Part shown: positions 1-14,431 of the stretch, in pieces
How positions within the stretch are numbered: position 1 is the first letter of the stretch
How the letters are laid out: every line of letters starts with the position of its first letter
Assembly (NCBI RefSeq): GCF_006345805.1
Contig: NC_043002.1
Span: 83,576,001 to 83,640,000, forward strand
Source: Octopus sinensis
Lineage: Eukaryota
Reading direction: 5' to 3'
DNA: 64,000 bases
Program-made: the position numbers and the translations under genes
The notes under the pieces: model-generated
Databases searched by the model: none
What the model saw: the letters and a program-made list of their open reading frames with translations, nothing else
What the model was told of the DNA's origin: nothing

Positions 1-1864
1 TTAAAATTATATTTCCGATTACTGCCCATTCCACTTATTTCTTTCGAATCATATCCAAAGCTACTAGAGGCTGTCCGTATGTATTATTTCATTTACTACT
101 TTATTATCATTGCCATTTTCTTCAGCATCCATTCTAGTTCCACCTTAGTTTGAATGGCACCATAGCTTTCTCTTCGATTAGTTATGAGCAAATTGCAGCT
201 TGCCGAACTTTGTGAATGATATGCCAATGAAAAACAACTTTGAATGTTTTTAGTAGTGTTCCTTGTTTGATGATGAGCTAAGTCTTAGGCATTCTGCTTC
301 TCAAAAAAGATTGCCCATACCTTTCTTAGACTGTCCTTTCAATAACTTAATTAGATCAAATTTGAGGCCAGAAATTAACAGATTCATCAAAGTGTCAGCT
401 GGGATGCCTTGTAACTATTCTGGCTCTTTGTATTGTGATTTCAAATCTCACCAAGATTGGTTTTGCCTTTTATCCTTCTTGCAAGGTGAGGATCTTTCAA
501 ATGGGGGGTCTAAGTGCCAGTCTAATGGGGGTGGACTGGTAGAAAGATTTAGGCATTGAATGGTATGCCTTGTGATATTTAGCATAGTAAGACAAGAGGG
601 TAATGTTAGTAGGAGAGGTTAGGAAGGTAAAGGTGGCAGATGAAATACTGTAACTGAATAAATTAAGAGAAGTTAAATAAAGTTAAAAGAAGTTAAGAAC
701 ATGACAAGGAAAGGTGAAAAGTGCTTTTTTAAAATATCTCAAAATCCTTTAAAGAAAATTTTTTTAAAAAGCTTAATGAACTTCAAAAAAAAACAAACAG
801 TGTTGACTATCAGAATGAGCTCAATGTATTAAAATACATCTACTGCTTCAAGAGCCTTTAACTAGCACCAACACCAGCACATTATCCTTGTGGTATTTAT
901 TCTGGCTTTTTGCATTGTGAATTCAAATTCTACTGTGCCATAAGTCATTGGTTGGTTAATTCTGCTGCCTGGTTTAACACCACCGCATAATGGTTAGGGT
1001 GCCTTTAATAGAAGGATCCACTCTGTTGCAAGTATTTGAGCAGGTCTCAGGTTTAAGAACACCTTTTTTGTCAGTCTTAGAGGTTCTGGAAAGAGTCATG
1101 GGCACTGTTCTTCTACCTAACTAATTGATGAAGGAAATTAATTTTCATTGTTAAAATGTATTTCTTTTGCTCAACCTATCAGAAATAGTAGCCAAATATC
1201 TCTCAAACCATGTGTAATCTTTATAGAAAAGTACATTTATTAATGTTGGTTGTTTAATATCGTTGTTGAAGAAAATACAGTACAGTGTTGGCTGGAATGG
1301 GATTTTATCATGGGTCTGTCTCTTCTGTCAGGGCTGACTCTAAGGTTAAAATAAGAGCTGTCTTACTTCATCACGCGGTCTTCAAAAAATGAAGGACGCT
1401 TTGGTTAATGTGGTCCTAGATTTACAGAAAGTTGGAGTAGTTATGAGCAGGCATGTTTTCAGAGCTGATATAGGGCTAAATAACAGCAACAGCCACTACT
1501 ATTCGGTAAGCTGAATAGTAAGGCCTTTAAGCAGTTCATAGAGTTCTTTGAAATAGCAGCTAAATTTCTATCAAATCACAGCCTACAGTTTTCTGTGAGG
1601 AAGAACATCTTTGAATATTGTAATCCAAGATACACCATGCTAGTAAAAATAATTAAAAAAATTGAAGTTTATAATTATGGTTGGGAAGTCAACCTAGAAC
1701 TAAAAAAACAACAACATTAAACCAGGCTCTACAGCAAGAGCCGGACGAGAAAAAAATGTTGACTTTGCTATCCTGGATAAATTAATAAAAAAAAGAAATA
1801 TATATATATATATATATATATATAGCTTAATGTTTAATCATTCTGCTGTCTGTTTAATTTCTAG

Positions 1865-1976
1865 AAAAACCTGGGTTGAAAGAAAAAGAAAAACTGCAAA
1901 TGATCAAAGAAGCTTTACATTTGTTACAACCAGCTCATTACCAAACTCTAAAATATTTAATGGCTCATCTAGATCG
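1865..1976 (+). CDS. CHN: Chimaerin-like RhoGAP, penultimate coding exon
   Basis: Acceptor tttaatttctag| and donor CG|gtaagt. Translates (2 nt)-KPGLKEKEKLQMIKEALHLLQPAHYQTLKYLMAHLD-R, matching the chimaerin RhoGAP motif EALxLLPPAHxxTLxYLMAHLxR. Confidence 0.9.
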
Positions 1977-2706
1977 GTAAGTTCATTTCTTCTGTTTATT
2001 ATTTCCTACAGTTAATGAGTGCTGGAATATTTTTGATGTCTAAATTTGATAATTACATTAAATATGGATTAAACATACATCATCACTTAACATCCACTTT
2101 TCCATGTTTGCATGGGCTGTACAGAGTTTATTGAGGCAGATTTTCTATGGCTGATGCTCTTTCTGTTGCTAACCCTTACCTGTTTTCAAGTAAGGTAATA
2201 ATTTCTCCATGGCTAGACATGTTTTTGTAGAATATTGGAAATTACTGACATTCATTTATAACAGTCACACGATGTCATGACCTGGCGTTACAGACACATA
2301 CACATTCACACATATATACCTAGTCTGTTAGCAATTTGTATCACTAGTAATTTGTTAATCACTGTTTTTCTATATCAGTAGAAGCTAAATTTATCTAAGC
2401 TTGTGATTTTGACAGTGGATACTTGCTACTGATCATGTGCAAACACACAAATCCAGATTTAGCAATTCCAGTATCATCACTGTTGCAGGATGCTTTACAT
2501 ATGTTACTAACACACGTCTGTGCTTTTTTAGCACTATATGTCTATAGGAGATTCCTTCTCAACACGAACACTGCAGCTTTATGGCTTTCTACATTAAATA
2601 GGATATACAGAATGCTCACAGATATATGTAACCATTCAGAGAAACATTATGCAAGAGGAGATCGTACTCACTCTTCCCACTTACCGACAGTATAAGCTCC
2701 TTCCCT

Positions 2707-3098
2707 GGATCTTTTCGGTTTGACCGGCAGTTTTTTAAAATAATTTTCACGTAACTAAACACTTTTAAACTTCGTATACTGGTAGAATGTGTTTATAAAA
2801 CATCTTTTTCTCTTGGCTTTATTGAGAAAATTCTATAGTTTGTAAGATATTTGTTGTTGTTTTTTTTCTGCAATTTCAACCAATCAATGACGTCTATTGA
2901 GGTGAAAGCATTTTGTGCCGTATGAATATGTCCCTCTTTTAAGAAACAGATTGGGTTTATTTCTGAAGAAAAAAAGATACCCTTCCCCCCACCCCTAACC
3001 CTAACCCTAAAACAGATTGAAATACAGGGTCATAATTATAGGTGACAATTTCGTATGACACCACGAGAAAAAAACTGCCGTTCAAACCGAAAAGATCC
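2707..3098. mobile_element. Non-autonomous TIR element (MITE), Merlin-like
   Basis: TIRs GGATCTTTTCGGTTTGA(C/A)CGGCAGTTTTTT at both ends, perfect 8-bp TSD CCTTCCCT (2699-2706, 3099-3106), GG termini, internal (CCCTAA)3. Superfamily is inferred from the termini and TSD only. Confidence 0.8.
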
Positions 3099-3555
3099 CC
3101 TTCCCTGATTACATTTAATTTTTATTAAATATCGGAGTTGTCTCCCTTACCTTTTTCTGTTTGTAATTTTTTATTCACAACAAATACGCTATTCGTTAAT
3201 TCAATTCTTTAGCTCATGCATTATATTATGTTTGTTCTGATAAAACTACTAATCATTAATAGTTTTATCAGAACCACTAATGGTTTTCTTTCTCTTCATT
3301 ATGACTGTAATTTTTTTTTTTTTGCATTAATTTCTTGGTTTACAACATTCAGAATGTGTTAGTATTTGTATTTTGTACCAGAGTTTGAAACCATTTGTTG
3401 AATTTTTTCGTTGTTGTAAAGCTTGTTCACACGAAAAACGGACAAAACCTTTTGTAACCTTTCGTCCTGTTTTGTCCCTTTATGTTTTCCAATCATGTTT
3501 GTCAGCCCTTGTGGCCAATAAAAAGAATTAATTATTATTATCATTATCTTATGTA

Positions 3556-3950
3556 GTGAGCTGGCAGAATCATTAGTATGTAAAACAAAAATGCTTAGCA
3601 GCATTTCTTCGTCTCTTTATGTTCTGAGTTCAAATTCAACTGAGGTCAGCTTTGGCTTTCATCCCTCTGGGCTTGATAAAATATAATGCCAAGCTAAGTA
3701 CTGGGATCTATGTAATTGACTTAGCTCCTCCTTTTAAAATTGCTGGCATGTCGGACAAAATGCTTGCTGGCATTTCTCTCGGCTCTTTACACTCAGTTCA
3801 AATTCAGCTGAGATTAGCTTTACTTTTTATCCTTCCAGGGTCTGTAAAATAAATGCCATTTGAACACTAAGGTCAATGTTATTGGCTTACACCCTCCCCT
3901 TAAAATTGCAGGCCTTCAGCCGAAACTTAATTCAGTTATTATTATAAGTA
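3556..3950 (+). mobile_element. Degenerate tandem fragments of SINE family B
   Basis: gagctggcagaatcattag head, GTTCAAATT B-box, gctttcatcc...gataaa...gtact body; repeated about twice. Confidence 0.6.
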
Positions 3951-3992
3951 TCAACTTATGTGAAATTGTAATTGTATTTTCAACTGAATTCT

Positions 3993-4340
3993 TTTACTTG
4001 TTTCAGTCATTAAACTGCGGCCATGCTGAGGCATCGCCTTGAGGAATTTTTGTCAAACAAATTGACCCCAGTGTTTATTCTTTTCTTAAAGCCTTGTACT
4101 TATTCTGTTGGTTTCTTTTGTCAAACTGCTAAGTTACAGAAGATGTAAACACACTGACACCAGTTGTCAAACTGAGATGGGATATACACACATATATATA
4201 AGACAGGCTTCTTTTAGTTTCTGCCTGCCCAATCCCCCCACAGGGCTATGATCGGCCCAAGGCCATTAGTAGAAGACACTTGCCCAAGTTATCACCTGGA
4301 ACCATGTGATCGGGAAACAAACTCGTTACTGTACAGCTCT
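3993..4340 (-). mobile_element. SINE family A (tRNA head, CORE-like segment), degenerate
   Basis: Reverse complement of the family A body and tail (gcatggccgcag...gactgaaacaagtaaaa). Confidence 0.75.
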
Positions 4341-4464
4341 GCCTGAATTATATAAGTTTATTCTGTTTAATGATTTTATTCTGTTTATTCTGTTAATGAG
4401 TTTATTCTGTTTAATGATTATCTAACGTTATCTCTCTTTATTTCTTTCTCTCTTGACCAAACAG

Positions 4465-4633
4465 AGTGATTGAACAACAAAGTAAAAACATGATGAGTCC
4501 AGAGAATCTTGCCATAGTATTTGCTCCAACATTGATGAGATCACCAGATGCCACAGCTAGCCTTATGGCTGTCAAGCTGGAGCAAACAGTTACAGAACTT
4601 ATCCTCTCTAATCAAAAAGAACTTTTACGGTGA
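4465..4633 (+). CDS. CHN: Chimaerin-like RhoGAP, terminal coding exon
   Basis: Polypyrimidine tract plus acag| acceptor. Phase is compatible with the previous exon (CG|A = Arg). Reads VIEQQSKNMMSPENLAIVFAPTLMRSPDATASLMAVKLEQTVTELILSNQKELLR-TGA, with the RhoGAP motif NxMxxENLxIVFxPTLMRSP and a chimaerin-length C-terminus. Confidence 0.92.
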
Positions 4634-5348
4634 ACTGTTGACATTCAATCACACATATGCATACACAAACATGCCCACCACACACTACTGCCAGAAAGAA
4701 AAAAAGAATAATAATAATAATAATAATAAAAAGAAAAAGAAAACCTCTTCCGCAGTTGCTGTGTCCATAGCAACACAAGAAGACCGAACTGTACAAATTT
4801 CCTTTCCAATTCATTCGGTCTTCAAATTTACTTTTCCTTTACTGAAATTGGGGCCAAATTTTGTCATTTCCCCCCTTCCCATATCCTGTTTACCCCTTTC
4901 CACACTCACTCATGTCCTAAGTTTTCAACATCAAACCCCAATATAATAGGCATATATAAAATCCCAAAACATCAAACAGACGTTTTAATCCCAAACTGTT
5001 GAGCAGATAATCCAACCAATATCCTAATGTAAATTTAAATTTTGATAATACTGCTTCAAGAAAAAGAAAAAAAAGAAAAAATTGGAAAAAAAAATATATC
5101 CCAAAAATATGAGAAAAAAAAAGAAAAGAAAGAAAGAAATCAACAAAGTAAAACACCTTTTTAAGATAATCCTAAATCAATTTTTTATTGCTTTTTTTAA
5201 AAATATTCATTTCCTTATGGAAACATAAAACTTGTGACAATTTGCTTTGAATCATAATCATATTATACATAATGACGTGCACTGAAAACAGTTTACATAC
5301 ATACAAATATACACACATACACACTACGCCTATATATATATGTATATA

Positions 5349-5381
<33 letters not shown>

Positions 5382-5929
5382 CTTTTTCATCATGTATATT
5401 ATATGATACTGTGGGTATATATTATTTGTGGAACTTATGAGAAAAAAAAAACCGAGAAAGAAACACGCATATACATATACACACTCACCAACCACACGAC
5501 TATCATATTCCTGTCTGTCAAGAAATAATTTATCACAATAAAAAGTTGAATAAAAATTTAAAAAAATAAATAAAAAATAAATAAAAAGGTTGAATTTAAA
5601 AAAAAAATTTAAAAAAAAAAAAGAAACTCCACACATTACACAATCAGCAAAAAAAAAATGTGTTCATTTTGAGAACATAAGTAACAATTGTCCTCTTTTT
5701 TTTTTTTTTTTTTTGTTTTAGTTATTAATAATGTCTTTATTTATTTCGATTTTTTTTTTCCGATCGTACTGACTGGTGACTCCCCCACCCCCTAGTAACA
5801 GTCACTGTATGTGTCTCTTTCTTTCTTCCATGGCATTAGAACTGATCATTTCATTTTATTTAGAAAAAGATGTTTTTTTTCTATGTATGTCCACTTCATT
5901 TCTTCACTTTCTCCCTCTCTCTCTTTCTT

Positions 5930-5978
<49 letters not shown>

Positions 5979-6088
5979 TCTGTCTCTCTTTCTTTCATTC
6001 ACTGTCAGTCTATCCATCTATTTGTCTGTTTATCTATCTGTCTATCCGTTTGTCTCTCATTCAACAACAAAACAAACACAACTCATAT

Positions 6089-6122
<34 letters not shown>

Positions 6123-6127
6123 TACAT

Positions 6128-6171
<44 letters not shown>

Positions 6172-7172
6172 ATATATATGTGTATATATATTTATATTGT
6201 GTATGTATATATATATATCATGCATTAAAAAGAAAAAAACTATTTATATTTTTTCCCCATCATGCATCGTTATAGTTATATATACCCACCCACTTTTTCT
6301 CCCCACCCCAATATTACCACCATGATGACCACCACCACCGACACTACCACCACCTCCGCATCTTACTTTCTGTTCCAATCACTTGTTGAATTTTTTGAAG
6401 AGTTTGTTTGATGGTATGCCAGAGATTAAAAAAAAAAAAGAAAGAAAAAAAAAGAAAACAAGTGCTGTAGGCTCTGAGGCAGCGTTTAAGAAGAGGTGTG
6501 ACTGTTTTTTGTTTTGTTTTTGTTTTTGTTCTTTTTTTTCTGTTTTAAATGTTTAGGAATGCTTGTTTGTAAAAGAAATGAAGAATGATAAATTACTACT
6601 TATAAATCTTTAATTAAATAATAAATGGTTTGACACTTTGATTTTGCTTCTTTTTTTCTTCTTCTCTGTTTCTCTCTTTTTTTTATTTGTTTATTTTTTC
6701 AATCTCTGTTTTTTTCTCTATTTATTTATTTATTTATTCAATTTTTGATTTCTCCTTCTTCTAATACCACTCTACATTTTCTTTTCCTCCTTCACTTCTC
6801 TTTCTTCTATTAAATTTCATTTCTTACCATTTCTACTTCTTGTTGTACATACAAATTATATAGATACATTAATACATACATACGTTGTCTCTAAGAATCC
6901 ATTAGTCAGGAAAATTAGGCACTTGTGTATGTGTCAATGGAATAGCTATACTGAGTTCATAAGATCAGCTGTAATAGATTTTTAATACTGTATACTTTGA
7001 TTTATTCTCACACACACATATGCATATATGCACCTATACATATATACATACATTCATACATCCTATATACATATACATGCACAGATGCACATGTACATAT
7101 ATACATACGTTATATATATATAATGTTTCTGTATGTGTATGTGCGTGTGTGTGTATAGATATGTATATGTGT

Positions 7173-7238
<66 letters not shown>

Positions 7239-8967
7239 ATATATATGGTCTTGTTAATCCATCTGCTAAACAATCTAGTCACTTTAGCTGTTCACTCTTT
7301 ATATTTAACTATTTCACACTGAAAAAACTCTGAATATCACCTCAACACTCACTCATTCTTCATCTTCTAGCTACAACTATTTTTCTTCATCTTTTCAACT
7401 TCCTTGTCCTCTTTCATCTTCCTTTTCATCACCACCACCACCACCAGCATCTTGTAATAAGTCATTACTTTGTTATTTTTTACCTTATTTTACATCTACT
7501 TCCTTTCTTTCATTCTTTCTTTCTTAATCTTTCATATTTCATTTAAGGGGATTTCTTATAACCGGTCTCTGTTATCCTGATGTTTCTGTTTTTGTTTTGT
7601 TTTTACCTGTCCATTTGTTTTGTATGGGTGTACACCTCTGTGATATGTGATGATATATAAGCGTTTTTTTCTTTGTTTTTTCGTTTAGTTTTTCTTTAAA
7701 ATAATTTCTTTCAAAGCTTTTTTCTTTTTCTTTTACTTCCACTATCATCCATGTATTCCAAATTCAAAATGCAACTCTAGAGAGATAGCAAGTCTAAAAA
7801 AAAAAATGTAAGAAAACTGACATCTATATATATATTGAAAACCTTCACAGCTTACGTGTCACTTTGCTAACTCTTGTTTGTTTATTATTACCATTATTAT
7901 TATCATTATCAATATTATTATTATTATCATTGATTGATTAATTATTATTATTATCATCATCATTATTATATTATTATTATTATTAATACTCCTAAATACC
8001 ACTATTATTTTTGTTTTGTTTTATTTTTATTTGTGTGTATGTGTGTGTGTTCTTTCTTCTGTGCGAACGAGAGGACACCTGTTCATTGTATCTCAAAATA
8101 AAACATTGTTTTCCAAATGATTTTATTATCATTATTATTATTATTATTATCATCATCATCATCATAATCATCATTATTATTATTATTATTATTACTATTA
8201 TTATTGTCATTATTACTATCATCATCCTTATTAATATTATTATTAGTAACTTCATTTTTCAACCACAGATCACTTTTTATTATTTTACATCCATTTTTCA
8301 TATACATATATATACATAAGTATATATGTCTGTGTATATATATGTATATATATACGTGTGTGTGTATATGTATATATTTATATATGACCCGTCTTCGTTT
8401 ATTTGTATCGTCTGGGTGGATGTTTCCGTGTCCCTTTTTTGTATCATCTGTCTGGATGTTCAGCATTCTTGTCCCATTTTTGGTATCCCTTTTCATATAT
8501 ATGTGAATATGTATAGATATATATATTTATTTATATAGATTTATGTACGTTTGTATTTGTAAATCTATGTATATATATATGTGTGTTATATATATATATA
8601 TATATATATATTTGTATATACATTTATATATCTAATTATATGTATGTATATATATTTGTACATATATGTATATATATTTATATGCATATATACATATATT
8701 TATATGTATATATATTTATGTATATATATTTATATCTATGTATATTTATTTATATGTATATATGTTTATAAATATTTGTATATATTTTTGTATATATATT
8801 TCGTTGATATATACATATATATATATATATGTATACATTTTATATATATATTTATAATACATATTGTTATATATATACAATATATATATATATTCAATAT
8901 ATCTACATATATTTATATATATGTATATTATATTAGATATATAAAATATATAAATTATACTTATATA

Positions 8968-9016
<49 letters not shown>

Positions 9017-9448
9017 TATAAATTTATACTTATATATAGATATATTATATATATATAAATCTATAAATTTATACTTATATTATATATAATTATATAATAA
9101 ATATATAAATTTATACTTAATATATTTATATATATATATCTATATTTACATTGATATATATATATATATATATATATATACGTATATTATATGTTTATAT
9201 TATATTCATATATATATGTATTTATATATGCATGTATATATGTATGTATATATGTATGTATTTATATATATGTATGTATTTATATATATATTTATGTGTG
9301 TATGTATATATATATATTTGTATATATGTGTATATATATATATGTATGTATGTATATATATATATATAATATATATATATATATATACATATGTATATAT
9401 GTGTTTATATATACATTTATGTATATCTAATATATAGTGTGTGTCTGC

Positions 9449-9490
<42 letters not shown>

Positions 9491-9861
9491 CTATACATAT
9501 ATACATTTTATTTATGTATATAAATTTATTTTTATATATATCTCTCTCTATATATATTTATCTATATATATAGAAATACATCTATATATTTATCTGTGTA
9601 TATATATATATATATGTCTATGTATCTATGTATATATTTATCTGTGTATACATAATTATATGTATGTATATATATATTTATCTGTATGTATATCGATATA
9701 TACTTACCTATATATTTATGCATATATTGATATATATATATATAGAGAGAGAGAGTAATATATATATATTCCTGTGTATATGTTCTTAGATAGTATATTT
9801 ATATATGTATCCATATACATTTGTATATGGATAAATATACATATTTATGTAAGTATATATT

Positions 9862-9937
<76 letters not shown>

Positions 9938-10370
9938 TAGAGAGAAGAGAGAGAGAGATAAACATATATGCATATATATTTACGCAAGTATATATATATA
10001 TTGTGTGAGAGAGAGAGAGAAATATATGTATTTATATAAGTATAAATATTTATATAAATATATTTATATATGATATAATAAATATATTTGTATCTATATA
10101 TTTATATAATATATATATATAAATTAGAGAAAAACCACTTTGCTGTATATGTGTGGGAGTGTGTTGTATGTATGTATATTCATATTTATATATATAGATA
10201 AATATATAGGTTTATATATATATACAAATGCCTATGTATATACATACACACATTTATATATATAAATATATGTATATATATATATATTTATATTTTAATA
10301 TACATAAATGTGTTAATGTATATACATAGGCATGTATGTAGGAGTATATATATATGTATATATATTGTAT

Positions 10371-10441
<71 letters not shown>

Positions 10442-10764
10442 CTATATGTGTATATGTATGCATGTATGTATATATACATGTGTATATGTATGCATGTATG
10501 TATATATATATGTGTATATGTATGCATGTATGTATATATGTATGTGTATATATATGTATCTATGTATACATTTATATATGTATGAATATATATACATGTA
10601 TGTACACAAATATATATATATGTATGTATTTATATATATATATATGTTTATATATATGTATGTATTTATACATATATATCTATATATATATATTCATTTG
10701 AATATATATGTAAATATACTTATTAATATATCTAAATATATATGTATACATATATATATATATT

Positions 10765-10795
<31 letters not shown>

Positions 10796-11840
10796 GTAGA
10801 TAATTATATGTAAATATACATGTAATCATGTGTAATTATATATATGTATATTTACAAATATGTTAACTTATATATAAATATGTAAATATATATATATATA
10901 TATAGACAGGAATATATATCAATGTATTAACATTTTTGTGTAAACAATTTGATCTGTAAATAAATGTATGTGTGTATATATATATATATAGTATATATAC
11001 AATATATATACATATATATATATACATATATATATACTATATATATATATAATATATATATATAATATATATATAAATACATGTATATATATATATATAT
11101 ATAAATACATGCATGTATAGATATATATAGAGGGAGACATGCATTTATATACACACACACACACACACACATATATATATGTATATACATAGATATGAAG
11201 CATATATGTATATATATATATACATATGTAGATACATATATATTCATATATTTACTTATATTTATGTGTGTGCATATATATGCACGTATATGCATATGTA
11301 TATACATATATATATACATGTATTTATATTTGTATGCATATATATGTACATTTATATATATATGTATATATAATTATATATATATGTGTATATATATACA
11401 AGCATTATATATATAATGTATTATGTATAAGCTATATATATAATCTATAATATATACATACATGTTTATACATATGTAAGCATATCATTATATATATGTA
11501 TGATATAATATATATATATATCTTATGGATGAAATCTTTTGTTTATTTATTTTCCAATTAAGACATTTTGCATATTGTTACAGCAATTTATTTGTTCACA
11601 GCTGGATGATCTTGCTGCTGCTAACCACTCAACTGTAAAGCAGGAGTAGTACCTAGTGTCATCCAAGCAGTTCAAGTCAAGCAGAGTTATGTGCCTTGCC
11701 AGCAGTTCAGTATCTTAGTTATATTTTTTTCTTATTTCTTTTTTTTTTTTGTTTTGTGCTTCATAACCCACAGATTTTAGTTTCTCCAAAATTTTATGAT
11801 CTCAGTTGAATAAATAAAGAGAAAATCATAGACATCATCT
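4634..11840 (+). other. Putative long 3' UTR of the chimaerin gene
   Basis: Follows the stop codon and has no recognisable SINE/LINE copies for ~7.7 kb. Ends in overlapping AATAAA signals (11809-11818) followed by a GT/T-rich tract (11864-11890). Proximal AATAAA sites also occur near 4724, 5537 and 6588. Confidence 0.45.
8570..11520. repeat. ~3 kb degenerate (TA)n/(TATG)n low-complexity block
   Basis: Seen directly in the sequence; source of the many YI-rich pseudo-ORFs. Confidence 0.95.
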
Positions 11841-12354
11841 TTATAGGTTATAATCATAGGAGAGTGTGTTTTTGTTGTTGTTTCTGTTATTTTTTCTGAT
11901 TTAATACTCTGTCACTATATATTATTATTATTATCATTATTATTATCACTATTAATATTATTATTATTATCATTTTTATTATTATCATTATTATTATTAT
12001 TATCATCATTATTATTATTATTATATTATTATTATTATATGAAAACTCATTCTAACAAAGAATGCAAACTGTATGTTGAGAATCTATTTTCACAAAACAG
12101 ATTAAAGAAGCTGAAATGGAACACTCAAACCAACCACCAGATTTTCTCTGTTGTATTGTCATTTTATTATTACTTTTATTATTGTTTCAATGTCACTATT
12201 CTAATTATGCTTTCATTTGATTTTATTCTTCCAGCCTGCCGCTTAGTGTAATTAGGTTCATAATGGCCAGCCTACATCTTTGTAACCTTTAGCACACTGT
12301 AGCAACAGGATAGTGGCAGGGGAAACAATTCTAGAGAAAATGCAGTACGCTAAT

Positions 12355-12745
12355 CATCATGATCATCATTATCATCGTTTAACGTCCGTTTTCCATGCTA
12401 GCATGGGTTGGACGGTTCGACTGGTGTCTGGGAAGCCAGGAGGCTGCACCAGGCTCCAGTCTGATCTGGCAGAGTTTCTACAGCTGGATGCCCTTCCTAA
12501 CGCCAACCACTCCGAGAGTGTAGTGGGTGCTTTTTACGTGCCACCGGCACAGGTACCAGGGGTGGCTGGCAATGGTTATGATCAGTCGGTGCTTTTTATG
12601 TGCAACCGGCATTGAAGCCAGTCAAGGCAGCGCTGGCATCGGCCACGTACGGATGGTGCTTTTTACATGCCACTGGCACATGTGCCAGGGTAGGCTAGCA
12701 ACAGCCACGAACAGTTGGTGCTTTTTACGTGCCACCGGCACGGAA
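12355..12745 (-). mobile_element. SINE-like repeat family C with (GAT)n tail
   Basis: catcatcgtttaacgtc...ggatgcccttcctaacgccaacc motif shared with 16205-16560 and, degenerately, 2078-2300. Internal ~62-bp subrepeats. Confidence 0.75.
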
Positions 12746-12872
12746 GAGCCAAAATAATAAAAACCATATTTTGCCAGAGTGTAGCCATGCCATGATCCAC
12801 TTCCCATGTACTGTACTTATTCTATTGATATGTGATAAATTTTGAATGCTAAGTTAGTAAGCATAAACAGAC

Positions 12873-13076
12873 CTTTTATTTCTTACTTGTTTCAATCATT
12901 AGACTGTGGCCATGCTGGGGTACCACCTTTAAGAGTTCTAGTTGAATAAATTGTCCCCTGTACTTATTTTTTCGAGCCTGGTACTAATTCTATCAGTCTC
13001 TTTTGCTGAACTGTTAAGTTGCAGGGATGTGGGAACACAAACAACACACACACATACATATATATACATTCATATA

Positions 13077-13123
<47 letters not shown>

Positions 13124-13260
13124 ACTTCTTTCAGTTTCTATCTATCAAATCCACTTACAGGCTTTGGTTGGCCTGAGGCTATAGTAGATGACACTTGCAC
13201 AAGGTGCTACACAGTGGAACTGAACCCACAACCATGTTGTGGGAAGCAAGTTTCTTACCA
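12873..13260 (-). mobile_element. SINE family A
   Basis: Matches the intact copy at 32150-32543 in reverse. Confidence 0.8.
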
Positions 13261-13492
13261 CTCAATCAATATATAAGTCCGAGAATGGAGGTTACAGTAT
13301 TACATTTACTCCTTCATTATGGTTGTTTCAACAAGGCATTTATTCAAATACGTCAGGAATATAAGTATGATTGTGTAATATTACAGCATATTACATGTGA
13401 TTCATCTTCATCTTGTCAGTGTTTGCTTTTCTAATCTTTGATGAGATGATCATAGACCACATAACATGCTCTGATATTACACAATTATATTT

Positions 13493-13670
13493 ATTCAATT
13501 ATAAATTAAAACCAGTACTAGTGTTGTAAACATTATCGACTGCACTTACACAATGTGTCTTCACCAGTTTGCTGTTGTAGCACAGTGAACCAGCAAACAA
13601 GCAAAACACAAGAGTATGTGTGGTTGATAATGTTTACAACACCAGTGCTGCTTTTAATTTGTAATTGAAT
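13493..13670. repeat. Imperfect ~57-bp-arm inverted repeat (hairpin)
   Basis: attcaattataaattaaaaccagtactagtgttgtaaacattatcgactgcac pairs with gtgtggttgataatgtttacaacaccagtgctgcttttaatttgtaattgaat. Confidence 0.85.
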
Positions 13671-14071
13671 TTAATTTTACCTATGTTTCACCATGGCATG
13701 ACAGTAAATGTTTCTTACACAATTTGTATATAGTCTTCGATTGGCAATTCAGTTCATCTCCAGTTCGATTCAGGTCTGTGATGTTGATAAGCCACAGAAA
13801 TGGTGAAATATCAGTATCCATCACTCCTGAATGGTACTGGAGGCAAGTTGTCTCGTCTGTCCATGGCTTTCAGATGTTTTAACACCCAGTGCCATGAGGG
13901 AGTCACCCCAAAGTGCAATACTACAGCAAACCAGCATATAAGCAAGACACATGCACTAAATATGTGCAGCTGATAATGTTTACAACACCAGAACTGCTTT
14001 TCATTCATAACTGAATTTAATCTTATATATGCATTGCTGTGGCATACCAGCAAATGGTTCTTATACTATTT

Positions 14072-14431
14072 ATCTATTCTTTTATTCTTTTATTTGTTTC
14101 AGTCATTTGACTGCAGCCATGCTGGAGCACCACCTTTAGTCGAGCAAATCAACCCTAGGACTTATTTGTAAGCCTAGTACTTATTCTATCGGACACACAA
14201 ACATATACATGTATATATATGTATGTATATATATGTATATCTATATATGTATGTATATATATATATGACGGGCTTCTTTCAGTTTCCATCTACCAAATCT
14301 ACTCACAAGGCTTTTGGTCAGCCTGAGGCTATAGTAGAAGACACTTGCCCAAGGTGCCACGGAGTGGGACTGTACCCAGAGCCATGTGGTTGGTAAGCAA
14401 GCTACTTACCACACAGCCACTCCTACGCCTA
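14072..14431 (-). mobile_element. SINE family A inserted into an old tandem duplication
   Basis: Head (taggcgtaggagtggctgtgtggtaag on minus) to tail, with an internal deletion. Splits the second copy of a ~340-bp duplicated unit (13580-13920 vs 13920-14630). Confidence 0.85.

Noticed and set aside
2993-3010. Telomeric (CCCTAA)3
   Set aside because: Internal to a TIR element with TSD; not a chromosome end or fusion.
4548-4946. 132-aa ORF overlapping the last exon
   Set aside because: Wrong frame relative to the RhoGAP motif; runs into low-complexity UTR.
5776-11450. Many YI/CV-rich ORFs (also at 28 kb, 34 kb, 44 kb and 46 kb)
   Set aside because: Microsatellite translations.
12526-12741. 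CRISPR-like array of four GGTGCTTTTTACGTGCCACCGGCAC repeats
   Set aside because: The spacers are related to each other, the array is internal to a dispersed eukaryotic repeat (also at 16.2-16.5 kb), and there are no cas genes.
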